A stretch of DNA of 63,755 nucleotides, counting the filler, from Octopus bimaculoides (Eukaryota), in NCBI RefSeq assembly GCF_001194135.2. It is 8 parts of 7 records of this genome, joined end to end, with 100 filler letters (N's around TTAATTAATTAA, not from the genome) between each part and the next. Parts side by side here need not be neighbours in the genome. Positions count along the whole stretch, not along the records: positions 36,042 to 61,665 come from NC_068985.1; positions 61,766 to 63,755 come from NW_026368588.1; 6 more parts are not named here. One strand, given 5' to 3'. Of the stretch, positions 50,540-62,339 are shown piece after piece; position 1 is the first letter of the stretch, and every line of letters starts with the position of its first letter. A model generated the notes under the pieces. It worked only from the letters and a program-made list of their open reading frames with translations. It did no database searches and was not told the DNA's origin. The translations under genes were made by a program, and so were the position numbers.

Positions 50540-51190
50540 TGTATTATTCTCTTACCCATGGCTCACCAATTAACGTTAGACCAGCATCGCAAAATTGCCA
50601 CCTGACAAGAAGTTTTTCAGTCCCCTACTGCAGTGCAATTTTGAGGTTTCTGACCATCACGCTGCTCCAACACGTTGCACAATTTATGCTATCCATAGCA
50701 AGTTTCTCAAAACAGGAGCTATTCTTCACAAACCATGCAGCAGAAGGCTTGCTACTACCACCACTGATAAAAGCACCAAGCTCCTGGAACAGGCATTCAC
50801 GAAAAGCCAGGGGAAGTCCATCTGGAGGGCTGCACTGAAACTTAGCATCAACAAAAGCTCAATTTAGCAGATGTTTCAGAGAGTGATAAAGCTCTACCCA
50901 TACTGACTTCAGGTTGTTCAAAGGTTTCAAGCAAAAGATTATGATGCTCATGTGGAAATGTGGAAATCATTCCACCACCATTAAACAAAACAACTCACAA
51001 CTCCTAGAAAACATATAGTTCAGCGATTAGTCTGTCTTTTAATTCTCTCGCTAAGTAAACTGACACAATTGTCAAATTTGGGGAAAATTAAAAGCAGCGG
51101 AAATTCTTGAACAAGAACGAGACTTTCTGAAGCTGGTGGTATGGTGTGCCATGGGCAAGTGAATGATACAATTACAAAAACTGCAAAACC
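50540..51190 (+). mobile_element. Tc1/mariner-superfamily relic (HTH N-terminus of DUF4817 type)
   Basis: APTRCTIYAIHSKFLKTGAILHKPCSRR..AFTKSQGKSIWRAALKLSINKSSI..KLYPY.LQVVQ, and ERDFLKLVVWCAM. Confidence 0.65.
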
Positions 51191-51259
51191 TAAGGTGTCA
51201 AATGCTGGTGGCCTCACATCTCTCCGAATAACACCTGAAAAGAAATAGAAAAAAGAATG

Positions 51260-52290
51260 TGTAGAGTGACTTTTGGGACTCTACACATTCTCTGAACACC
51301 ACTCTCTCTCACTAGTTTATATATTCAAGTGCGGGCGTAGCAGAGAGCAGCCTGCTGTGTCATCACCTAACCGACTATTATTTGAGTGGCAATTGCTTCC
51401 ACTCCATTTGCCACCAGGACGCAAATAGACCAACCACAGCCCCTAATAAGGTCACGTGAGGGTGTTTCTTCTAATGCTTTCCTGGAGCCCCTATTTTCCT
51501 ATAAATAGCCTAAATTATCCCCACCAATTCGTCGTGGCTCAGATCTTAGATCTGGTCGTTCTGACAACACACGCGTAATACAGCACCAACCAACCAGCCA
51601 GTTTCCAGCGACGACATCAACACCATCGTTCAACTACGAACTACAAGCATCGCCCCCAACGTCGCCAGCAGCAACACGACTCTACGACTACCAGCATCGC
51701 CACCAGCGTCAACATGACTCTACACATACACAAGCTACCAACAGCTAACCGCAGCTTCTCTTCTCGACCCTGTTTGTGTGATTTCTTCACCACGAAANNN
51801 NNNNNNNNNNNNNNNNNNNNNNNNNNNNNNNNNNNNNNNNNNNNNNNNNNNNNNNNNNNNNNNNNNNNNNNNNNNNNNNNNNNNNNNNNNNNNNNNNNNN
51901 NNNNNNNNNNNNNNNNNNNNNNNNNNNNNNNNNNNNNNNNNNNNNNNNNNNNNNNNNNNNNAACTTCTTATATACAGACACTTACTACTGTGTACTCTAA
52001 TTAAGAACTGGTAAATTCTTACACGTGTTACTGACTCTTTTCTATCCGCTGTATCACTTACATTCACATACATGTATTACTCGCACACACTCTTTTGTTT
52101 ACATGATGGCCAGTCTTATATCGTGTTTTATTATGTCGCATTCACACACACACAGACATACAGTTTAACGCTACAATAAACCTTACTGTCATACATCTTT
52201 ATCGGTTGAGTCCTATCTTGTCCTTCCTGGCATTTCTAAGTTCTCTATGTTATAGTATTATATCATATTAATATCATTTTATATTTTTGT
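51260..52290 (+). mobile_element. Solo-LTR-like repeat (class uncertain)
   Basis: Starts TGTAGAGT, is CpG-richer than the flanks, has TATAAATA at 51500-51507 and AATAAA at 52175-52180. No target duplication identified; contains a gap. Confidence 0.35.
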
Positions 52291-53399
52291 GTTCGACCGT
52301 GTGACGCATTTAAAAAAGGAGCCTGTTTTCCATTCATCACCATTTCTCCTTTTGGTTCGCACGGTCGTTCTTACATATATGTACATATATATATATATAT
52401 GCATATATATATATATATNNNNNNNNNNNNNNNNNNNNNNNNNNNNNNNNNNNNNNNNNNNNNNNNNNNNNNNNNNNNNNNNNNNNNNNNNNNNNNNNNN
52501 NNNNNNNNNNNNNNNNNNNNNNNNNNNNNNNNNNNNNNNNNNNNNNNNNNNNNNNNNNNNNNNNNNNNNNNNNNNNNNNNNNNNNNNNNNNNNNNNNNNN
52601 NNNNNNNNNNNNNNNNNNNNNNNNNNNNNNNNNNNNNNNNNNNNNNNNNNNNNNNNNNNNNNNNNNNNNNNNNNNNNNNNNNNNNNNNNNNNNNNNNNNN
52701 NNNNNNNNNNNNNNNNNNNNNNNNNNNNNNNNNNNNNNNNNNNNNNNNNNNNNNNNNNNNNNNNNNNNNNNNNNNNNNNNNNNNNNNNNNNNNNNNNNNN
52801 NNNCAACAACAAATTTGCCTTATGTATGTATGTATGTATGTATGTATCTACAAGTACAGACACACACACACAACACCACACACACACACACACACACACA
52901 CTTGCATAGACACACACACAGAGAGCTGGTGTTTCAAAAGTTTTCATGCTAGATATTGAATTGAACAGAGAATAAAATAAAATTTATTCTTTTCACACTG
53001 TTGCTCCATTCAAAATATTCAGAAAATCCTTTTGTATGCTTTTTATGTTAATTTCAGAAGCAAAGATTTATGTGATTTGTTTTAGCTGAGAATACGTATG
53101 ATGAGAGTCCTGTGTCAAGATACTTGTCAAGCTTGTCAGACTAGCTTGACAAGTACCTTGTCATAAAACTCCCGACTTCTCAACTAGAAAAAGCTGAATG
53201 TCTGTTTGTGTGTGGGGGGTGCACATGTGCATGCGTGCGTATGTGTGCGTGTGTGTGTGTGTGTGCGTGCGCGTGTGCATGTGTTCTGTAGTCAACAATG
53301 ACTTTTATAAATGGGATAATAAATGCAACTTAAACTTAACTTGAAACATTATCCAAAATGAATAAATGTTTGTCTCAGTATTTTGTAGAACTTCCTGTA

Positions 53400-54240
53400 G
53401 CTAATATCATGGCTTTCTCCTGATAAGGCAGGGATCTGATTAAATTAGTATTAATGACAAACTAACCCATGTTTATTTGCTCTTCACTTGATGTTTCTTC
53501 CAGCTCTGTAGTTGTTATCATATTCAGTAATCTTAATCACAACCTTTTGCTAAGATTTTCCCTTAAATGTTCATTTGGATTAATATTAGAGGCTTTGAGT
53601 ATCCCATTTCAGAGATTCAGTTCAGTGAATTTTTTTCCAAGTTTGTGAAACCTTGCTTGTATGACACAGGGCTACATTGAAATAGATCGGTAATAGACTC
53701 TTTTTCACTTTGGGTCATTTAAATGATTTTCATCAACATGATCTCTGATCTGTCTGTCTGTCACCCAAACTTTCCTCCCCTATACAATGATTGTTATTCC
53801 TCCATGTTTAACTGTCCCTTGCAAATTATCTGGCTTCCATGTTTCAGTTTTGTTGCACCACATATATATCTAGTTTGAATTGGAAAAGTGGCAAAAAATT
53901 TGCTTTTGTCAGACCATAATATCGATGACCAAAATTTGTTTTTCTTGTTGCAGAATGCTTTAGTCTAGCTGAACCTTTTGGTCTTATTAGGTTTTGAAAT
54001 CATTGGCTTCTTTCTTGCAGCTCTGCATTCATATCCAAAGTCTTTTAATAATGCTCTTAAACAATACAGCAACATAGCCAGTAAATTTGCAGCCTTCTAG
54101 CAGTTGAACATTTCTGAGAAGGAAAAGAAAATAGTAAAGGTTGTTTAATAATTTTCCTCTTAACTGCCCTCCACTGCACTCTTTCCTTTCAGAACTTTTC
54201 TGCAACCTCCCAGATCTCTTCTGCATTCAGCAATGTCCTT
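53400..54240 (-). mobile_element. Tc1-like transposase relic
   Basis: Minus: WSSILWSDKSKF; LQGTVKHGGITIIV; SNINPNEHLRENLSKRL (Tc1 WSDESKF, TVKHGGG and SPDLNPIENLW motifs). Many stops. Confidence 0.75.
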
Positions 54241-54676
54241 CTTTACCTATTTATGTTTCTCACAACCAGTGAAAGAAACTAACTACTTCTGTTTATATAT
54301 ATGGAGGAAACTTTAATCAAAAGAATGGGATGTGTGAAATAGGGTTTACTATTAGTTCAGAATTTCAGTGTAGTAAACTAAGTAAACTAAGTAAATGTTT
54401 GAAGTATCGAGAGGTCAAGGAGCATATTAGGTCAGTAGAAAGGTTGGAAAAGGGGAGGCTAAGGTTAGATTGGAGAATGGGCAATCAAATAACAAAAGGG
54501 ATGAGAAAGTTTATTAGAAAGGTTGCTACAAGGTCAATATGTTAGCAAGTTCAGGATGTCTTGTAACTAACTTTTACAGTGTTTTTATTCTAAAAATATT
54601 AGTGTCAAGAAGGAAAATAGTTAATTTCTAAATTAGTATGTGTATACACCAGTTTGAAATATAACTGTGTGAAGAT

Positions 54677-54719
<43 letters not shown>

Positions 54720-54729
54720 NNNNNNNNNN

Positions 54730-54994
54730 AATTTTTACCTGTCCCAGTCTCTCCATGAAATGACAGTACTAAAGCTTTCTTGGATGTCTGCTCTGAAAAG
54801 TGGGAAATGATATGATTAGAAATTGTTTCCCAAGCTAAATGTTGACCATGAAGCATAGTTCTCAGGTTAAGTTTTAACTGTTGTGGATTCAAAATAATGT
54901 TCCTAGTACAGCAGTCCATTATATAACACAATGGATTGAAGCATAAACCTTGCTGCAACAAGAAGTGGAAAATTAAGAAAGAAACAAACCACAT
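54730..54994 (-). CDS. Torsin-family AAA+ ATPase (torsin-1A/1B-like), N-terminal coding exon, incomplete at a gap
   Basis: MWFVSFLIFHFLLQQGLCFNPLCYIMDCCTRNIILNPQQLKLNLRTMLHGQHLAWETISNHIISHFSEQTSKKALVLSFHGETGTGKN. Contains the torsin hallmarks C...CC, L.GQHLA and K.LVLSFHG.tGtGKN (non-canonical Walker A). No stops or frameshifts. The true start may be ATG 54994 or a splice acceptor giving an exon start at 54952. Confidence 0.9.
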
Positions 54995-55274
54995 TGCTGA
55001 TTATCTGGTCAGAGATTTTATGATGAAGGCGGGAAAGTGAAAAGTCTCCCAAACTTAACGTCAAAACAATTAGGACTACTTCCTCAAGACATCCAAAATG
55101 GTATGGTTTTCAAATAATCACAGCAACTGCTTGGCAAGTCCAAAGGGGATAAACACCAATTGCTCTAAAGTGGAAATAAACAAAGTGCAAATAATAGCCA
55201 GAAATTGGGAGTACAACAAAATTAGAAACTTCATTCTTATAAAAATAAAATCTGTTTAACAAAGCCTTACTCCC

Positions 55275-55280
55275 TTCTCC

Positions 55281-55330
<50 letters not shown>

Positions 55331-55545
55331 CCACCACCATCATTTTCCATGCTAAATGGGTTGGATAGTTTGACCACAGCTGGTGAGGTCAGTGGGGGCA
55401 CCAAGCTCCATTGTCTGTTCTGGCATGGTTTCTATGGCTGGATGCCCTTCCTAATGCCAACCACTTTACAAAGTGTACTGGGTGCTTTTTATGAGGCACC
55501 AGTACTTTTAACGTGGCTCCAGCATGAGAGCTTTTTATGTGGCAC
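55275..55545 (-). mobile_element. Non-LTR 3'-tail family copy with long (CAT)n tail
   Basis: (CAT)n about 55282-55330, then catgctaaatgggttggatag..ggatgcccttcctaatgccaaccac. Confidence 0.75.
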
Positions 55546-56159
55546 CAGTCTAGTGTCAATTCTGTTGTTGCAAATAGGTTTTCTCGAGTACAGCAGTGTG
55601 CCAGATATCTCAATCCTTAGTCATCTCCTTCGTAAGGCTCATTGTCTTGAAATTGGCCTTCAATAAATAATATATATATTTATCAACTTGCCATAACAAT
55701 CTCGTTTGTGGTTATTAAATATCAAAATTACAAGTTAAAGAACATGGTACATAAGTTTTATGAGTCTGCTTTCTAATAAGATTACTCAATAATGGTATAA
55801 ATTTCTTGAATAAATAATTTTTATAATATCATAAACTTTCTTTAGAGTAATAAGTTTAATCTTTTTGTTACCATATTTCTGTTGAAATACTCTATCTTTG
55901 CTCTAATTCTTGAATTAATGAAGAATTTAGAAAAATAATCTAGTTGTTAAGATGGTGTTTCAAATGTAAATTGATAAAAATTTTGAAATTTTGATGGAAG
56001 ACTTTTATTTAGATCACTATAGAGTGGTAATTTTTTTTTATCATAGAACTAAAGGAATGTCTCAGGCAGATTGGTATCAAAAGGGTTAAAATGAAAAATG
56101 TATTATTTATGGTAGATTTCAAACTAGCTAATAGTGGAGAATTAAGAAAACTACTACCA

Positions 56160-57032
56160 TTTAGTCTGATCAATAAGTATCTGGATTGTTGGTATAGTAA
56201 CAAAGCTAAAGCATAGTAAGTGAAACCACTTGGCCCAGATTGACCCTGAACTCTGCTGTGTGTGCACACAAAGTTTTAACATTCTAGCTTACTTCTGCTA
56301 TTTACAGCAGCACTCGGAAGGAAGGTATGTAGTGTGTGATCATTGCATTGATCATGACAGAGAGAGTTGAGCCGAGAATCTGCATCAAATTTTGCCAAAA
56401 GCTTGGTGATACCTGCTCAGAGGCCTACACAAAGTTTTCAAAAAGTTTCATTATTCTCAACACAATCAAGGAGATCTTGTGCAACTGAAAGCCAAATGTC
56501 TTTTCGGTCAGCTGAAAGCAGTTTTGGCACAAACTTGGCAGACATGCATCACATACCCAAACCTTCAGTGATAATGGACTGAACTGAACTGTAACTAATC
56601 TGCACATCCTCTGATAACTCACGGATTGTGATTCAATGATTTCCCCTCCCAGCTTCATGCATATCTGCAATGTTTTTCTCAATTCTGCTGGTTGTGGGTC
56701 TCCCAGAACGTTTGTCACTATTGACATTATTTCAGCCGTCTTGGAAACATCTGAACCACTTGTACACTTGTATGTGGCTCGTACACTCCTCTCCATACAC
56801 TTTCTGCAACTTTGCATAGGCTTCTGAGCAGGTATCACCATGACAACTTTCTTTGTCATGGTCAATAAGATTATCACATGCTACACAGCTTCCTTCCAAG
56901 CATTGCTGTAAACAGCAGAAGTTAAAACATAGTGCGCATGCACAGCAGGGTTCAAGGTCAATCTGTCCCAAGTGGCTTCACTTTGCATGTTTTAGCTTCA
57001 TTACTATGGATACTTATTGATCAGATCTCATA
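56160..57032. mobile_element. mariner derivative made of two inverted 5' halves
   Basis: Plus half (56160-56450) reads MTERVEPRICIKFCQKLGDTCSEAY. Minus half (57030-56432) reads GDTCSEAYAKLQKVYGEEC..VYKWFRCFQDG..DLLDCVENNE. TIR core tctgatcaataagtatc is present at both ends. Confidence 0.8.
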
Positions 57033-58746
57033 TACAAATAGTAAATAAAGCTATAGGCATGTAGAAGGTGTATAGGTGCAGACATGACTGTAGAGTAACA
57101 AGTCTGCTTCCTAACCTCAAGGTTCCAAGTTCATTCTTACTGCATGGCACCTAGGAGAAGTTTCTTCTACTAAAGCCTTGAGATGGAAACTGAAAGAAAC
57201 CTATTGCTAATCATTCTTTAATGTCTGTATTTTATGCTGGCATTGGTTGGACATTTTGACCAGAGCAGGCAAGCTGGAGAGCTGCACTAGATTCCAGTCT
57301 GATTTGACTTGGCCTCTACAGCTGGATGCCCTTCCAAAATGCGAACCACTTTACAGCACATATTGGGTGCTTATATATATATATATGCACAGAACATTGC
57401 ATATGTGTGTGTGTGTGTCTTTTGTGTGCGTGTGTGTGTGCGCGCGTGTGTGAATGTATATGTCTCCTAGTCTTGACATCACATGGTAGTTGTAAATGAG
57501 AGTCACTGTCATAGTAGCAGTGTCTTTCATTTCCAATATACTGCAAAAATATGTAGTGCCCTCCAGAAATATTATCTTGCTTAGAAACAAGTGAAATTGA
57601 CAATTTAAAGGGTATTCAATGTAAAAAATATCTCAATAAACTTCATCCAACCCATGGAGTCATGAGAAAGATGATGATGATGGTATATGTATATAATAAA
57701 CATATACATGTATGTATCGACTGGGTAGATTGAAATTATATGATCTGGCAGTTCTGGCACCCATAGTAAATGATTCTCATCTGCTGAGGGTATGAGTGCA
57801 TCCATATGAGAAGTTCTCTCAAGGTAAATAACACAATATTAGGTGTTCTAACAAAACATCCACATTAAGTTGGATATAAAGATTGCCTTTTGGTACTAAT
57901 GCTGTTTCTATTACTATTAAGTATATATATATATATATATNNNNNNNNNNNNNNNNNNNNNNNNNNNNNNNNNNNNNNNNNNNNNNNNNNNNNNNNNNNN
58001 NNNNNNNNNNNNNNNNNNNNNNNNNNNNNNNNNNNNNNNNNNNNNNNNNNNNNNNNNNNNNNNNNNNNNNNNNNNNNNNNNNNNNNNNNNNNNNNNNNNN
58101 NNNNNNNNNNNNNNNNNNNNNNNNNNNNNNNNNNNNNNNNNNNNNNNNNNNNNNNNNNNNNNNNNNNNNNNNNNNNNNNNNNNNNNNNNNNNNNNNNNNN
58201 NNNNNNNNNNNNNNNNNNNNNNNNNNNNNNNNNNNNNNNNNNNNNNNNNNNNNNNNNNNNNNNNNNNNNNNNNNNNNNNNNNNNNNNNNNNNNNNNNNNN
58301 NNNNNNNNNNNNNNNNNNNNNNNNNNNNNNNNNNNNNNNNNNNNNNNNNNNNNNNNNNNNNNNNNNNNNNNNNNNNNNNNNNNNNNNNNNNNNNNNNNNN
58401 NNNNNNNNNNNNNNNNNNNNNNNNNNNNNNNNNNNNNNNNNNNNNNNNNNNNNNNNNNNNNNNNNNNNNNNNNNNNNNNNNNNNNNNNNNNNNNNNNNNN
58501 NNNNNNNNNNNNNNNNNNNNNNNNNNNNNNNNNNNNNNNNNNNNNNNNNNNNNNNNNNNNNNNNNNNNNNNNNNNNNNNNNNNNNNNNNNNNNNNNNNNN
58601 NNNNNNNNNNNNNNNNNNNNNNNNNNNNNNNNNNNNNNNNNNNNNNNNNNNNNNNNNNNNNNNNNNNNNNNNNNNNNNNNNNNNNNNNNNNNNNNNNNNN
58701 NNNNNNNNNNNNNNNNNNNNNNNNNNNNNNNNNNNNNNNNNNNNNN

Positions 58747-58996
58747 GCCCCTGGACTGGCTCTTGTGCGGGTGGCATATAAAAGACACCATTTCGAGCGT
58801 GGCCGTTTTCGTGTGGGTGACACGTAAAAGCACCCACTACACTCTCTGAGTGGTTGGCGTTAGGAAGGGCATCCAACTGTAGAAACTCTGCCAAATTAGA
58901 TTGGAGCCTGGTGTTGCCATCCGGTTTCACCAGTCCTCAATCAAATCGTCCAACCCATGCTAGCATGGAAAGCGGACGTTAAATGATGATGATGAT
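58747..58996 (+). mobile_element. Non-LTR 3'-tail family copy, near-identical to 85-330
   Basis: Direct comparison of the two segments. Confidence 0.85.
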
Positions 58997-59017
58997 ATAT
59001 ATACATATATATATCGG

Positions 59018-59460
59018 TATATGGCTGTATGGCTAGAGGCTTGCATTCTGACTACATGGTTCAAGGTTCAGTCCCACTGTATGGCACCTCGGGCCACTAT
59101 ATAGCCTCAGGCTTATGAAAACTTTGTGAGCAGATATTTGGCAGTTGGAAACTGGAAGAAGCCTGTTATGTATGTGCGTGTGTGTGTGTGTGTGTGCGTG
59201 CACGTATGTGTGTGTGTGTGTGTGCATGTGTGTTGTATATGTCTTTGTCTCTGTGTTTGTTCTCCCACCACTGCTTGACAACCAATGTTGGTGTGTTTAC
59301 GTTCCTATAGATTAGTGATTCAGCAAAAGTGACAGATAGAATAAGTACCAGATTTAGCAAAAATATTAATCCCTGGGAGATCGGTTCATTCAACTAAAAA
59401 TTCTTCAAGGTGGTGCCCCAGCATGGTTGCAGTCTAATGACTGAAGCAAGTAAAAGATAA
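59018..59460 (+). mobile_element. CORE-like SINE
   Basis: Head atggctgtatggctagaggcttgc..ggttcagtcccactgtatggcacc and conserved 3' blocks. Confidence 0.75.
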
Positions 59461-59630
59461 AAGAGATATAATATAGACACACATATCATCATCATCATCA
59501 TCATCATCTACATGTGACAGAATTTTTTTCCAGTTGGATGCCTTTCTGGATCAAGGTAAAAAATCAAACAAATTACATCATTTGTATGAATAGTGAGGCT
59601 TTTGTTTACAACCAATAAATAAAGCAGTGT

Positions 59631-59703
<73 letters not shown>

Positions 59704-59889
59704 GAATACGTATATGATGTGCTTCTTCTATTCTCAATCATAAGTTACTGGTCAAGCTGTGACTATAGTAAAGAACACTAGCCAACAGTGTCCACACAGT
59801 GGGACTGAACCTCTAACCATGTGGTTCTGAATCAACCTTCTGAACCACACAGCCATGCTTGCACATGTATAAGTGCATGCTTATGTGTG

Positions 59890-60455
59890 TGTGTTTATGC
59901 TTTTATGCCTCACAGAAGCAATGACAGGTGACTGAGACCTTTGGCGATATGCTGTGCTTGAGAAAACCTGTCAAGTCAAGGGAAATCATAGCTGTGGTTG
60001 ATGCCAGTGTTGCATAACTGGCACCCCTGCCAGTTGCACGTAAAAGGATCCCTTTGAATGTTGGGCGATATGCTGTGCTTGAGAATGGTTGATGCCAGTG
60101 TCATGGAACTGGCACCTGTGTTGGTGGCACATAAAAGCACCCTTTGAACATTGTGCCTCATGGAGGTAGTGACAAGTGACCAAGACCTTTGGCAATATGC
60201 CATGCTTGAGAAGACCCATCAAGCCAAGTGAGATTGTAATTGTGGCCGATGCCAGTGTTACATAATTGGCAACCATGATGGTGGCACATAAAAAGCACCC
60301 ACTACACTCTTAGAGTGGCTGGCATTAAGAAGGGGATCCAATCATAGAAAAGTCATGCCAAATCAGACTGGAACCTGGTGCAGTTCCCCAGCTTGCCAGT
60401 TTTCAGTCAAACTGTCTAACCATGGAAAATAGATGTTAAATGATGATGATGATGA
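59890..60455 (+). mobile_element. Non-LTR 3'-tail family copy with internally repeated modules
   Basis: gacctttggcgatatgctgtgcttgagaa..gatgccagtg module repeated about 3 times, then conserved tail and (GAT)n. Confidence 0.75.
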
Positions 60456-60584
60456 TGATAATGAATGATCAATGAAACAGATACTGCATTGAAGGAAGTA
60501 ATGGGTGGCAGTCGATATGACTGATTAAGCTGTTGAAGACTGAGACCCAGCATGGTCACAGCCCATGACTGAAACTAGTAAAAA

Positions 60585-61165
60585 ACATTAGGCATGACAA
60601 GAAGCTTGCTTCCCAAGCACATGGTTCCAGGTTCAGTCCCACTGCATGGCAACTTGGGCAAGCATCTTCTACTTTAGCCTTGAGCCAACCAAAGCCTTGT
60701 AAGTGGATTTAGTTGATGGAAACTGAAAGAAGCCCATCGTTAATATATATATATATATATATATCATCATCATCATATATATATATATATACTTATTTAT
60801 TTATTGGGGGAAACTACCATTAAATGAGTTGAGTGCCCTTCTTTCATTTGTCCACTCATTTGTATGTGTGTGTGTGTATTTATGTGTGTGTGTGTGTATT
60901 TATGTGTGTGTGTGTGTGTGTATTTATGTGTGTGTGTGTGTGTGTGTGTGCATGTGTCTCTGTTTTTCCTTCCACCATCACTTGACAACCAATGCTGGTG
61001 TGTTCATGTCCTTGTAACTTAGCAGTTTGGCAAAAGATAACTATGGAATAATTACCAAGCTTACAAAGAATAAATACTGGGGTTGATTTCTTCAACTAAA
61101 AAACCCTTTAAGGTGGTGCTCTAGCATGGCCGCCATCAAATGACTGAAACAAGTAAAAAAATAAA
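60585..61165 (+). mobile_element. CORE-like SINE with internal microsatellites
   Basis: Head at 60590-60740 and 3' half at 60960-61165. Confidence 0.75.
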
Positions 61166-61459
61166 GAATAAAAGAATATATATATCCTAATATAATAATG
61201 AGCCTAGCGTTTTTATATATTTGTGTGTGTGTGCATATATATATATATATTATAATGGAATAATTGCTATGAAGCATGTGTAGAATATATTGTATAAAGG
61301 ATTGTGGGTAAGGCCAAAACAATGTGAAGTAAATGCAAGGTAAATCACAAGAAAACAAATATGTGAATTAATGTAGACTTACCTTGTATTCAATATTTCA
61401 GGTTTATGACCCTATTTTCAAGAAATTGACACCCACATCGGCAACATTCATCAATTTCT

Positions 61460-61665
61460 TGAGAATAAGGTCGCCAACATCGTCTCCTTCATTGGACACG
61501 AGACTCAGCTTGCGAAGACTTATTGGGGCAAGCGAAAGCAAAATCGGGATAGCACCTGTGCCCAGCGTCGCCTTTCTGGCACTTGTGCCCGTGACATGTG
61601 TAAGGATTTTCGAGTGAGATCATTGCCAGTGCCCCTAGACTGGCTCTTGTGCAGGTGGCACATAA
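61460..61665 (+). mobile_element. Non-LTR 3'-tail family copy
   Basis: Highly similar to the reverse complement of 42480-42670. Confidence 0.8.
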
Positions 61666-61765
61666 NNNNNNNNNNNNNNNNNNNNNNNNNNNNNNNNNNN
61701 NNNNNNNNNTTAATTAATTAANNNNNNNNNNNNNNNNNNNNNNNNNNNNNNNNNNNNNNNNNNNN

Positions 61766-61798
<33 letters not shown>

Positions 61799-62301
61799 GC
61801 ATGCATGTATGTATATATGTATGTAATTTACCACTAGAGAGGGAGAAAGTCACTATACAGCGGTATTCGTCTTGCGAGAGCATCTCGTATAGATTTATAG
61901 TACGAAAAGTTACACAAATATCAGAAGCGGACGAAAAGCGTCCAGAAACGACAGTGGAATTTGCTAGGTCATGTGATTTCTGCATATTTGCGCGATTTTG
62001 GTTGTAAGTATCCATTATCAACTGTATGCTCAGACAAATTTCTCCTCTACTGATATATAGAAAAATGGTAATTAATCAAACACTTGGTATTGTATATAGC
62101 TGGTGGGATGGGTAAAAATTTGTTATAAGCCACCGAAGTAGTATTAATAACGAAAAGCAATCTGCATATTTTACTTAATATGGATAAACTAAAAAAAAAG
62201 AAAACGCTACAATATTAAGGTATTCGTCTCGAGAAAGATTCTCGTGTATGTCACTGAAAGGATATTTGCCTAAGCATACAAGTGATAGTGGATACCTTCT
62301 A

Positions 62302-62339
62302 CTGAAGACGCGCCAAGACGCAGAAATCTAGATTCCACC
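62302..62339 (+). ncRNA. Minimal hammerhead-like motif lacking an adjacent stem I
   Basis: CUGAAGA(62302-62308)-C-GCG-ccaaga-CGC-A-GAAA(62323-62326)-UCUAGA-U-U-CCACC. Palindrome ATCTAGAT. The complementary GUGG lies about 10 nt upstream of the core rather than adjacent. Confidence 0.4.

Noticed and set aside
57775-57811. UCUCAU-CUGCUGA-GGG..UCC-AUAUGAGA hammerhead-like remnant
   Set aside because: The core is mutated and GAAA is absent; only stem I and II pairing remain.
61411-61469. Hairpin tcaagaaattga / tcaatttcttga and a nearby minus-strand GTAAGT donor at 61382
   Set aside because: A short AT-rich stem at a repeat boundary. No exon could be supported.
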